A stretch of DNA of 64,000 nt, from assembly GCA_963822945.1 (NCBI GenBank), contig CAWGJO010000020.1:832001-896000 (forward strand), read 5' to 3'. The translations under genes and the position numbers were made by a program. Each line of letters begins with the position of its first letter. Position 1 is the first letter of the stretch. The notes under the pieces were generated by a model. The model was given only the letters and a program-made list of their open reading frames with translations, was not told where the DNA came from and ran no database searches. The DNA comes from an uncultured Gemmatimonadaceae bacterium. Lineage in GTDB: Bacteria; Gemmatimonadota; Gemmatimonadetes; Gemmatimonadales; Gemmatimonadaceae. This document shows positions 32,714-42,279 of the stretch, piece after piece.

Positions 32714-34117
32714 ATGCACACCTCCCTTCGCATGGGGGCGATTGCGGCCGTGCTGGCCGCCACCGCCGCTCCCCTCCGGCCACTGGCGGCGCAGGCGTCC
32801 GCGCGCAGCGTGCCCGAGACCTACGCCATCACCAACGCGCGCATCGTGCCGGGCAGCGGCCCGGCCATCGAACGCGGCACGGTGGTCATCCGCAACGGAC
32901 TGATCGCCGCCGTGGGCGCCAACGTCAGCACGCCGGCCGACGCCCGCGTGGTCGACGGATCCGGGCTCACGGTCTACCCCGGGTTGGTCGACGCCTTCAG
33001 CAGCCTCGGCATTTCCGCGCCGGAACCGCCGAACGGCGGCGGTCGAGGCGGCGCCGGCGGCGCCGCCAGACCGGCGGCTTCGGGCCCGCAACCCGGGTCC
33101 GACGCCGACCACCCGTGGGGAATCACGCCCGAGGTGCTGGCGGTCGATCTCATGCAGGTGGACGAGCATACGTTCGACGGCCCGCGCAGCGCCGGCATCA
33201 CCACGTCGCTGTCGGCGCCCACCAGCGGCTACCTGCGCGGACGCGCGGCCCTGGTGGATCTGTCCGACGAGAACCTGCCCGACGCCGTGGTCAAATCACC
33301 GGCCGCGATGACGATGGCATTCAGCCGCGGAGGGCGCGGGGGCGGTGGTGGGTTCGGCCGAGGCGGATACCCCGGCTCGCTGATGGGCATCTTCGCGGCG
33401 TTCCGGCAGGAGGTGCTGGACGCGCAACGCTACGGCACCTGGACGGCGATGTACGACCGGAATCCTCGTGGCATGGAACGCCCGACCATGGATGCCGGAC
33501 TCGATGCCATGCAACCGGTGGTGAACGGCCAGATGCCGATCATCTTCGAAGCCAACTCGGCGCGTGAGATCGACCGCGCCATCAAGCTGGCGCGTGAATT
33601 CAAACTCAAGGCGGTGATCGCCGGGGGCGCCGAGGCCGACCAGTGCATCCCGGAGCTCAAGGCGTCGGGCATTCCGGTGCTGCTGTCGCTCGACTTCCCC
33701 ACGCGCGCGGCCACCGACACGGAGCCGCAACTGCTGAAGACGCTCGAACAACGCGTCGACGCCCCCAAGGTGGCGGGCAAGCTGGCCGCGGCCGGGGTGG
33801 CGTTCGCGTTCTCGAGCGGCGGGATCACGAACTGGACGGAGTTCCTGGGCAATGCGGCGAAGACGGTGTCGGAAGGACTGAGCGCCGACGCCGCGGTGCA
33901 GGCGTTGACGGGCACGCCGGCCCGGATCTTCGGGGTCGCGCAACAGCTCGGCTCCATCGAGCCCGGCAAGATCGCGAATCTCACCATCACCCGCGGGGGG
34001 CTGTTCGAACCCGGCGTGAAGGTGGAGACGTTGTTCATCGACGGCCGGATGATCAGACCAGAAGTGCCGGCGACGAATGGAAGGGGCGGACGGGGTGGTA
34101 GGGGAGGTGCGAAATGA
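32714..34117 (+). CDS. Secreted amidohydrolase-fold protein lacking metal ligands
   Basis: YAITNARI, VYPGLVDAFS (no HxH), YPGSLMG, GSIEPGKIANL. Confidence 0.85.
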   Translation: MHTSLRMGAIAAVLAATAAPLRPLAAQASARSVPETYAITNARIVPGSGPAIERGTVVIRNGLIAAVGANVSTPADARVVDGSGLTVYPGLVDAFSSLGISAPEPPNGGGRGGAGGAARPAASGPQPGSDADHPWGITPEVLAVDLMQVDEHTFDGPRSAGITTSLSAPTSGYLRGRAALVDLSDENLPDAVVKSPAAMTMAFSRGGRGGGGGFGRGGYPGSLMGIFAAFRQEVLDAQRYGTWTAMYDRNPRGMERPTMDAGLDAMQPVVNGQMPIIFEANSAREIDRAIKLAREFKLKAVIAGGAEADQCIPELKASGIPVLLSLDFPTRAATDTEPQLLKTLEQRVDAPKVAGKLAAAGVAFAFSSGGITNWTEFLGNAAKTVSEGLSADAAVQALTGTPARIFGVAQQLGSIEPGKIANLTITRGGLFEPGVKVETLFIDGRMIRPEVPATNGRGGRGGRGGAK

Positions 34118-34140
34118 GAAACGGCGACCACTTCGAAACG

Positions 34141-34228
34141 GCGCAGGGCCGAGACCACGCAGGGCACATACAGCGCAGGGCCGAAACCACGCAGGGCATG
34201 AACAGCGCAGGGCCGAAACGGCGGGGAA
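34141..34228. repeat. 5x16-bp array (RCGCAGGGCCGAAACN), copy 2
   Basis: Units start at 34141, 34157, 34173, 34189, 34205, then GCGGGGAA. Confidence 0.92.
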
Positions 34229-34233
34229 TCGGA

Positions 34234-35662
34234 ATGAAATTCAACAGCGGATTGCTTCAAACTGCGAATGGTAAACTGCGGGTGCTCCTTGGGGTGTTCA
34301 TGGCTCTCGGGCTCGCAACGGCGTCGGCAGGGGCGCAGACTGCGATGACGCACGTCATCAAGCCCACGCTCATCAAGAACGCGACGATCATGACCGTGAC
34401 CAGGGGGACGCTGAACAACAGCGATCTCCTGATCGAACACGGGAAGATCGCGAAGATCGGGAAGAATCTCTCCGCCCCCTCCGATGCCACGGTGGTGGAC
34501 GGGACGGGGAAGTACGTGATGCCGGGGATCATCGACCCGCACTCGCACTCGATGATCGACGCGGTGAACGAAGGGAACGCTGTCGGTGACGTCGATGGTG
34601 AACATGATCGACGTGCTCGATCCCACCTCGCCGGCCATCTACCGCGAGCTGGCGGGCGGCGTCACGACGATCAACGTGCTGCACGGCTCGGCGAACACCA
34701 TCGGCGGGCAGACGGTGACGGTGAAGCTGCGGTGGGGCTATCCGGTGGACTCGATGATCTTTCCCGGCGCGCTGCCGGGCATCAAGTTCGCGCTCGGCGA
34801 GAACGTGACACGCAAGAACTCGCTGTTGCAGCCGGGCCAGGAGCGGCGGTATCCGTTCACGCGTATGGGCCAGGAAGAGGTGCTGCGCGACGCCTTCACG
34901 CGGGCCCAGGACTACAAGGCCACCTGGGACGCCTACAATGCCGCGGTGGCCAGGGGCGCGAAGAACCTGGTGCCGCCGCGCCGAGACCTGGAACTCGAGC
35001 CGCTGGTGCAGATCCTGGAGCACAAGCGGATCGTCAACGCGCACTCGTATCGCTCCGACGAGATGCTGATGCTCGCCAACCTGGGCAAGGAGTTCGGATT
35101 CCACATCCTGTTCCAGCACGGGCTGGAGGGCTACAAGATCGCCAGCGAGTTGGCGGCGGACGGCGACATGCTGTCGACGTTCGAGGACAGCTGGGGCTAC
35201 AAGATCGAAGCCGAGGACGCGATTCCGTACAACGTGGCGATCCTGATGCGGCACGGCGTGGTGACGACCATCAACTCCGACGACGACGGGCGTGCCCGTC
35301 GCCTGAACGTCGACGCCGCCAAGGAGATGCGCTACGGCGGGCTCACCGAGACCGAGGCGCTGAAGACGATCACCTACAACGGTGCCGTGCAGTTGGGCGT
35401 GCAGAACCGGGTGGGGTCGCTGGAGGTGGGCAAGGACGCCGACCTCGCCATCTGGGACACCGACCCGCTGAGCGTATACGCGCACGTGGAGCAGACGTAC
35501 GTGGACGGCGAGAAGCTGTTCGACCGCCAGGAAGACATCGCGCGCCGCGATTCGCTGGCCGCGCTCAAGGCCCAACTCGAACAGGCGCCGGAGAACCGGC
35601 TGCCGGCGCCGGCACGCGGACGCGGGCGCATCGTTCCACAGACCACGGGAGGGAGCCGCTGA
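34234..35662 (+). CDS. Secreted metal-dependent amidohydrolase; frameshift ~34577
   Basis: PGIIDPHSH, GIKFALGEN, NAHSYR, FQHGLEGYK, INSDD, GSLEVGKDADL. Confidence 0.9.
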
Positions 35663-36992
35663 TGCCACGCATGCTTCGCATGGCCGCCGTAGCGGCAGCG
35701 GTGACGCTCGCGCCGGCCGCGGCACGGGCGCAATTCGGCGTGGTCAATCCGCCGGCCGGCCCGCAGGGCACGTTCGCCATCACCAACGCTCACATCTTCC
35801 CGGTGTCGGGCCCCGAGATTCCCCGGGGCACGCTGGTGATCAGCGGCGGGAAGATCACGGCGGTGGGCGCCGGCGTCAGCGTGCCCGCGGGCGCCAAGGT
35901 GATCGACGCCACCGGGCTGAGCGTATACCCGGGCATGATGGACGGCGCATCGATGCTCGGGCTCTCCGAGATCGGACAGGGCGCCGCGTCCACGGTGGAC
36001 GACGCCGAGGTGGGAAACTTCAACCCCAACGCGCAGGCGTTCTACGGCATCAATCCGCACAGCGCGATCATCGCCATCACGCGCGTGGTGGGGATCACGC
36101 AGGCGGTGTCGCGTCCGATCAGCGGGGTGATGTCTGGGCAGGCGGCGCTGATCCGGCTGGAGGGCTCCACGGCGCCGGAGCTGTCGATGGTGCAGGACAT
36201 CGCGATGGTGGTGACGCTGCCCGGTTCGGGCGGAGGGCGCCGCGGCTTCGGCGGCTTCGGGCGGGGGGCGGCGGCAACGCCGCGCAGCAGCAGAAGCAGC
36301 AGATGGATTCACTGGAAGCGCTGATCGCGAACACACGCGCGTACATCAAGGCGTGGGACGCGTACAACGCCAACACCGCGCTGCCGCGTCCTGACCACGA
36401 CGTGGTGCTCGAGTCGATGATCCCGATGGTGCAGGGCAAGCAGCTCGTGATGTTCAACGCCGACCGCGAGGCGGACATCCGCAAGGCGGTGGAGTTCGCC
36501 GAGCAGAACCGGCTGAGGCCGGTGATCGTCGGCGGGCGCGAGAGCTACAAGATGACGGGCTACCTGAAGGACCATCACGTGCCGGTGGTGCTCACCGGGG
36601 TGCGCGAGCTGCCGGAGAACGAGGACGAGCCCTACGACGTGAACTTCTCGACGCCGGGCAAGCTGGCGGCGGCGGGGGTGCAGTTCGCGATCAGTTCCGG
36701 GGAGTCGCCGCCGGACATGCGCGACCTGCCGTACGTGGCGGGCGAGGCGGCCGGCTTCGGGCTGAGCAAGGAGGACGCGCTCCGCAGCGTGACACTGTGG
36801 CCGGCACAGATCTACGGCGTGGCCGACCAGGTGGGGTCGCTGGACGTGGGCAAGGTGGCCAACGTGGTGGTGACCACGGGCGACCTGCTGGAGCCGCGCA
36901 CCGATACGAAGTACCTGTTCATCGACGGGCGGCCGGTGCCGCTGACGACCAAGCATTCGGAGTTGTACGACGCGTTCAAGGATAGAAAGTAA
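35662..36992 (+). CDS. Secreted amidohydrolase-fold protein lacking metal ligands; frameshift ~36270
   Basis: TGATG coupling with the upstream gene; [18 protein letters not shown] (no HxH), [12 protein letters not shown]. Confidence 0.85.
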
Positions 36993-37030
36993 AGTCAGAC
37001 AGTCGGACAGTCGGACAGTCAGACAGTCGG
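36993..37030. repeat. Octamer array ACAGTCRG
   Basis: AGTCAG ACAGTCGG ACAGTCGG ACAGTCAG ACAGTCGG right after the stop codon. Confidence 0.9.
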
Positions 37031-37040
37031 GATTCGGAAG

Positions 37041-37068
37041 CGGGGCGTGCAGTGGGCTGCACGCCCCG
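37041..37068 (+). terminator. GC hairpin, probable terminator
   Basis: CGGGGCGTGCAG-TGGG-CTGCACGCCCCG perfect 12-bp stem. Confidence 0.7.
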
Positions 37069-37146
37069 TCCCGTTGGGGTTCTTTCGCAACCCGCCGTTT
37101 AGTCGTAGTCTGTGTTTGCCATCCTACCCTCCTACCCTTCCACCCC

Positions 37147-38436
37147 ATGCAGAACAGACGTCGCTTCGTGACCAGCATGCTGAATGCGGCGGTCGCGCTT
37201 CCGGTCATGAACTCCCGCGCCTTCCGGCACCTGGAGAACGCCACGCTGATCGCCGGCCGGCGACCGCCGGCGTCGGTGGCCGAGGACGAGGACTACTGGG
37301 GGCAGATCCGGCGGTCGTTCGATCTGGACGACACGCTGATCGATCTCAACAACGCCGGGTGCAGCCCCGCGCCCACCCACGTGATCGAGCAGATGATCCG
37401 CGATCTGCGGTTCAGCAACGAGCTGCCCCCGGAGCACATGTGGCGGGTGCTCGAACCGCGCATCGAGAGCGTGCGGCTGGACCTGGCGCGCGAATTCGGG
37501 TGCGACCCCGAGGAGATGGCGGTCACGCGCAACGCCAGCGAGTCGAATCTCAACGTGATCTTCGGCATCGACCTGGAGCGGGGGGACGAGATCGTCAGCA
37601 CCACGCAGAACTACCCGCGCATGGTCAACGGCTGGAAGCAGCGGGAGCGGCGGAACGGGATCGTCTTCAAGCAGATCAAGCTGCCCACGCCGCCGCCGAC
37701 GGACGACGAGGTGGTGGCGGCGTACGAGGCGGCGATCACGCCGCGCACGAAGATGATCGAGGTGATGCACGTGGGGTGGCAGACGGGCTTCATCTACCCG
37801 GTGCGCAAGATCGTGGACATGGCCCGGCGGCACAACGTGGAGGTGCTGGTGGACGGCGCGCATGCGTTCGCGCACTTCCCGTTCACGCGCGACGACCTGA
37901 ACTGCGACTACTACGGCACCAGTCTCCACAAGTGGTGCCAGGCGCCCATCGGCACGGGGTTCCTGTACGTGCGCAAGGAGAAGATCCCGCACATCTGGGG
38001 GATGTACTCCGACAACCCGGGCGAGGACGGCAACATCCGGAAGTACGAGGAGATCGGCACGCATCCGGCGGCCAACCACAACGCGATCTCGGTGGCGCTG
38101 GCGTTCCACCGCAGCATCGGCGCGCAGCGGAAGTACGAGCGGTTCCTCTATCTGCGGAACCGGTGGGCCAAGCGGCTGCTGGCGGAGAGCGACCGGGTGC
38201 ACATGATCACGCCGATGGAACGGGGGCGCGGAGGCGCGATCGGCGTGGTGGCCGTGGACGGCCTCGACATGGGCAAGCTCGGCGGGTGGTTGCAGCGGCA
38301 CCACCGGATCGTGACGACACCGATGGTGACCGACGAGTTCGCGGCGCTACGCGTGGCGCCGAACGTGTTCACGTCGCTCGACGAGATCGACTACTTCGGT
38401 GACCGGATGGTCGAGGCGATCCGGAAAGGCGTGTGA
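37147..38436 (+). CDS. Class V PLP-dependent enzyme (isopenicillin-N epimerase/cysteine desulfurase-like) with Tat-like leader
   Basis: NRRRFV leader, LNNAGCSP, VTRNASE, VDGAH, SLHKW. Confidence 0.88.
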   Translation: MQNRRRFVTSMLNAAVALPVMNSRAFRHLENATLIAGRRPPASVAEDEDYWGQIRRSFDLDDTLIDLNNAGCSPAPTHVIEQMIRDLRFSNELPPEHMWRVLEPRIESVRLDLAREFGCDPEEMAVTRNASESNLNVIFGIDLERGDEIVSTTQNYPRMVNGWKQRERRNGIVFKQIKLPTPPPTDDEVVAAYEAAITPRTKMIEVMHVGWQTGFIYPVRKIVDMARRHNVEVLVDGAHAFAHFPFTRDDLNCDYYGTSLHKWCQAPIGTGFLYVRKEKIPHIWGMYSDNPGEDGNIRKYEEIGTHPAANHNAISVALAFHRSIGAQRKYERFLYLRNRWAKRLLAESDRVHMITPMERGRGGAIGVVAVDGLDMGKLGGWLQRHHRIVTTPMVTDEFAALRVAPNVFTSLDEIDYFGDRMVEAIRKGV

Positions 38437-38448
38437 AAGATGAAAGGC

Positions 38449-38487
38449 GAAGGGTGGAGGGAGCTCCAACGGCTCCCTTCACCCTTC
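38449..38487. terminator. Hairpin between convergent genes
   Basis: GAAGGGTGGAGGGAGC-N7-GCTCCCTTCACCCTTC, flanked by TGAAAGA/TTCATCT-type heptamers. Confidence 0.7.
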
Positions 38488-38499
38488 ATCTCTCATGCT

Positions 38500-39105
38500 T
38501 TACTTCTGGATCGTGCCCGCCGTGATGACGAACTCGTCGCGGCGATTCTGCGACCAGCACGACTCATCGTGATCGGTGCAGAGGGGATGCTCTTCCCCGT
38601 TGCTGATGATCTCGATGCGGGAGGCAGCGATACCGTGGTCCGTCAGGTAGCGCTGGGCCTGCGCCGCGCGCCGCTGACCGAGGGCCAGGTTGTACTGGGT
38701 GGAGCCGCGCTCGTCCGTGTTGCCTTCGATCCGGATGGTGAGGTCCGGGTTGGCGTTGAGGATCGGGATCTTCTGGTCGAGAAGGGCCTGATCTTCCGGA
38801 CGGATGTCCGACTTGTCGAAGTCGAAGTGAATCGCGGTCGTGAGCGTGGCGCGCGCGGCCTCACGGGCGGCAGCCTCTGCACGGGCGATGCTGTCGGCAC
38901 GGGCAATGCTGTCGGCACGGGCCTTGGCGGCCGCGGCCTCACGGGCGGCGTTGGCAGCGGCGATCGAGTCGGCGATGTGCTGCTTGATTGCGGTGCTGTC
39001 GATGGGAGCGGGCGCCGGGGCGGGCGCGACGACGGGCTTCTTGTGGCAGCCCGCGAGAACGGCGGCTGCCAACAGAGCGGTGGGTACGATGAGGGATGTT
39101 TTCAT
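38500..39105 (-). CDS. pal: Peptidoglycan-associated lipoprotein
   Basis: Lipobox LAGC; IHFDFDKS, EGNTDERGSTQYNLALGQRRA, NRRDEF. Confidence 0.92.
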   Translation of the reverse strand: MKTSLIVPTALLAAAVLAGCHKKPVVAPAPAPAPIDSTAIKQHIADSIAAANAAREAAAAKARADSIARADSIARAEAAAREAARATLTTAIHFDFDKSDIRPEDQALLDQKIPILNANPDLTIRIEGNTDERGSTQYNLALGQRRAAQAQRYLTDHGIAASRIEIISNGEEHPLCTDHDESCWSQNRRDEFVITAGTIQK

Positions 39106-39342
39106 GGGCGGAAGATAAGGAAATCGTGGTTTGGATGCGAGCGGGTGGCATCCGTGAGACTCGCAAGGTATTACGCCGGTCACGCACGCAAGGTCCGCGG
39201 CCAGTCGCTCCGCCCTTCCGCAAAGAATTCTTGACTGATCACGGTACCGGCGCCGGCAGCGTGCACCGTCGTCCGTGGAGTGGTGCCCGCCACTCGTGCC
39301 GGCGGCCTTTCATCCATCACCGGGCCCCGCCATCTTGCCCCG

Positions 39343-40572
39343 ATGCACGTCGCACCAGATGTCCGCGGGGCACCGCCGCCGCCGGCCGACCGAACGCTAC
39401 GCTGGTTACTGGGCCTCTACCTGGCGAGCGCGGTCATCGTCGCCATCCAACGGCTGCAGCCCACTCCCGAGTACAACTTCATCATCTTCCGCGCCGCGTT
39501 CCACCATCTGGTGGCCGGGCAGAATCTCTACGCCGCCTACCCCGCCGAGTACGCGGACTACTTCAAGTACAGCCCCACGTTCGCGCTGCTGTTCGCGCCG
39601 TTCTCCGTGCTGCCGCCGCTCCCGGCGTACATGCTGTGGGCCTCTTGCTGCGCGGCGGCGGTGTATTCGGGTGTTACCCGGCTGTTACCGCCGCGCCGCG
39701 CGGCCCTGGCGCTCGCCATCTGCTGGCTGGCCGTGGTGGGCGATCTGCAGCGGGCACAGACCAATGCGCTGTGCGCCGGGCTGATGATCCTGGGCTGGGT
39801 GGCGATGGAGCGCCATCGGCAGGGGCCGGCGGCCGTCGCCATCGTCGCCGGCACGTTCATCAAGCTGTTCCCGGCGGCGGCGCTGGCCGGAGCGGTGTTT
39901 CACGGCCGGAAGGGACGGTTCGCGCTCATCGTTGCGGGGGCTCTGGTGCTGGGCGCCGCCCTTCCGCTGCTCGGGACTTCGTGGCACTCGCTGCAGGCGC
40001 AGTACCATTGGTGGGGGGTGAAGCTGCGCCAGGACTCCGTCCCCATGGCACGGTACGGCACGAGCGGAGCCGGGTTGTACGCCGGGCTCATGGGGCAGTT
40101 TCGCGTCTGGTGGGGGGTGCAGTGGCCGTTCTGGCCCACCCAGCTGGCCGGCACCGCCATTCTGCTCGCTCCGCTGCTGCGCGGCCGCCCGGCCTGGACG
40201 CCGAAGTTCCGGCTCAACTTCCTGGCGTCGATTCTGGTGTTCTGCGTGCTGTTCAACCACCAGGCGGAGTCGCCCTCGTACTCGATCGCGATGATCGGGG
40301 CCGCGGTCTGGTTTGCGGCGTCGGACCGGGGTTGGTGGCGCATCGCGCTCATCGTCGCGTGCCTGGTGGTGGTGGATCTGGCATCCACCGACCTGATGCC
40401 GCATGCGCTGTACGAGGACTACTACGTGCGGTACATGCTCAAGACGGTACCCCTCATTCCACTCTGGATCATGATGCAGGCCGAGCTGTGGAACTGGGTC
40501 GGGACCGGCGCAGGTTCAGAGATCGCGGAAGCTGATGAGCGCGATGTCCCGCTGCCGGAGCCGGTTGCCTAG
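39343..40572 (+). CDS. GT87/DUF2029 membrane glycosyltransferase (GT-C)
   Basis: YNFIIFR, LYAAYP, DYFKYSPTFALLFAPF, QTN, IKLFP, HQAESPSY; polytopic. Confidence 0.82.
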   Translation: MHVAPDVRGAPPPPADRTLRWLLGLYLASAVIVAIQRLQPTPEYNFIIFRAAFHHLVAGQNLYAAYPAEYADYFKYSPTFALLFAPFSVLPPLPAYMLWASCCAAAVYSGVTRLLPPRRAALALAICWLAVVGDLQRAQTNALCAGLMILGWVAMERHRQGPAAVAIVAGTFIKLFPAAALAGAVFHGRKGRFALIVAGALVLGAALPLLGTSWHSLQAQYHWWGVKLRQDSVPMARYGTSGAGLYAGLMGQFRVWWGVQWPFWPTQLAGTAILLAPLLRGRPAWTPKFRLNFLASILVFCVLFNHQAESPSYSIAMIGAAVWFAASDRGWWRIALIVACLVVVDLASTDLMPHALYEDYYVRYMLKTVPLIPLWIMMQAELWNWVGTGAGSEIAEADERDVPLPEPVA

Positions 40573-41334
40573 CGCCGGATCGGTGAGCGCCTGGAGTTCG
40601 CTCTCTCGCCCGGTGGTATAGCCGTCCACCCCACACAGCACGTCGTCCGGATACCCCGGATGCACCACCAACTCCGTGGTCCCGACCGGGAGCGCGTCGA
40701 TCACGCGGGAGAGTCCGGCGGCAAAGCCCGGCCCGCCGCGCAGCGAGAGACCGGCACAATGATCGGGCGTCGGGGCCGATGGCGCCCCGGCCGACGCGAC
40801 GCGCCACGCGCAGCCGACGAGTGCCGCGCGCAGGCGACCGGTCCCGGGGCCGAGGGCGAGGCGCCGAGGTTCGACGGGACGCCGGAGCGCCAGTCCATAC
40901 TCCGCGGCAACCCGGGCCACGGCAGCGCGGATCACGGGGAGCGCGTGCGTGTGCCGGTGCGAGTCGATGTGCGTGACGCGGATGCCCGCGCCCTGAAGGG
41001 CCGCGAGCTGGGCCTCGCACTCGGCGACGACGTCGGCGCCGCGGACGAGTCCGAGCATGGTCCGCCGCGCGGTCGCCGCCAGCGGACGGAAGGCACCGTT
41101 TCCACCGGTGAGCGAGGACGCGCCGGTGAGCGGCGAGCCGACGAGCAGGTTGAAATGGAGGCCGAAGTCGAGGTTCGGCGCCTCACGGGCACGGCGGACG
41201 CCGTCGTCCCAGCCGGGGCAGCCCACCATCATGGAGGCGGAGGTCACCGTGCCGGCGGCGTGGGCCCGGAGGATCCCGTCGGTGACCCCGGGTGCCAGCG
41301 CGAAGTCGTCGGCGCTGACGATCAGCCGCCGCAC
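40516..41334 (-). CDS. YdjC/ChbG/HpnK-family carbohydrate deacetylase
   Basis: LIVSADDF, GLHFNL, THIDSHRHTH, ELVVHPG. Confidence 0.92.
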   Translation of the reverse strand: MRRLIVSADDFALAPGVTDGILRAHAAGTVTSASMMVGCPGWDDGVRRAREAPNLDFGLHFNLLVGSPLTGASSLTGGNGAFRPLAATARRTMLGLVRGADVVAECEAQLAALQGAGIRVTHIDSHRHTHALPVIRAAVARVAAEYGLALRRPVEPRRLALGPGTGRLRAALVGCAWRVASAGAPSAPTPDHCAGLSLRGGPGFAAGLSRVIDALPVGTTELVVHPGYPDDVLCGVDGYTTGRESELQALTDPALGNRLRQRDIALISFRDL

Positions 41335-41353
41335 GCGCCGGCCGGTGGAAGGT

Positions 41354-42115
41354 TCAGGCGTAGCGGCCCCGCCAATCGTTCATCTTCACGCGGACGAGGT
41401 CGCCAGCCATGGTCATGCCCGCCCTGGCGAAACTCACGGTGCTCGGCTCGTTCTCATACCGGAAGTTCACGGCGGTCTGCCGCACGGACAAGCCGTGCTT
41501 CTGCGCCACATACAGCGCTTCGACGTCGAACCCGAACCGTGGAACACCGAGGCGCGGGAACACGAGCTCGGCGGCAGGCGCGGTGAATCCCTTGAGTCCG
41601 GCCTGTGTGTCGAGCACGTCCCGGAGCATCGTCCGGCGGACCATGAAATTGAACGTGCGGCTGAGGATGTGGCGGGTGTAGAGGTAGTGGAAGAATCCCG
41701 GGCTCATGGTGTAGCGCGATTCCGGGAGCACCCGGCAGGCGATGGCCACATCGGCGCCGCCATCGAGGGCGCAGAGGATCCGGTTGATCTGATCGGGCGG
41801 GAAGGCGAGATCGGCGTCGGTGAACACGCGATAGCGGCCGTGCGCAGCCAGCATGCCGCGGGCGACGCTGTAGCCCTTGCCCCGGTTCGGGTGGTTGCGC
41901 AGGAGCAACACGGCCGGCTTGTCGGCGGCAAAGTCATTCAGCGCGCGCGCCGCGGGCTCGGCGCTGCCGTCATCCACCAGGATCAGCTCCGACGTGTACG
42001 GCTGGGCGACGAGAAACCTCTCGATCTCGGCGAGATTCGATCGCAGGCGCCGTGCGCCGTTGTAGACGGGGATGACGAGTGAGAGGTGGGGCGTCGGTGC
42101 CCCGGAGCCGTTCAT
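41354..42115 (-). CDS. GT2 polyprenol-phosphate glycosyltransferase (DPG-synthase-like)
   Basis: SLVIPVYN, VDDGS, NRGKG, FTDADL, DTQAGLKGF, FGFDVE. Confidence 0.92.
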   Translation of the reverse strand: MNGSGAPTPHLSLVIPVYNGARRLRSNLAEIERFLVAQPYTSELILVDDGSAEPAARALNDFAADKPAVLLLRNHPNRGKGYSVARGMLAAHGRYRVFTDADLAFPPDQINRILCALDGGADVAIACRVLPESRYTMSPGFFHYLYTRHILSRTFNFMVRRTMLRDVLDTQAGLKGFTAPAAELVFPRLGVPRFGFDVEALYVAQKHGLSVRQTAVNFRYENEPSTVSFARAGMTMAGDLVRVKMNDWRGRYA

Positions 42116-42279
42116 GGTTACGAAAGATTAGTGCACCATTTCCGGCGGGGGAGCGGGAGACTCACAAAGATCGTTGCCTATCCCCCGGCGTCCGGCGCCG
42201 GTAGATTAGCCACGCCAACCCACCCGACACGACCGACGGCCGCACGTACCGTCGCGAACGGACACCGAGCGGTTCGCCC

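Noticed and set aside
34114..36324. 736-aa fused amidohydrolase ORF
   Set aside because: Chimera of a repeat array and two genes joined through indels.
42193..42204. ops/JUMPstart element before the priming transferase
   Set aside because: GGCGCCGGTAG does not match GGCGGTAG and there is no supporting context.
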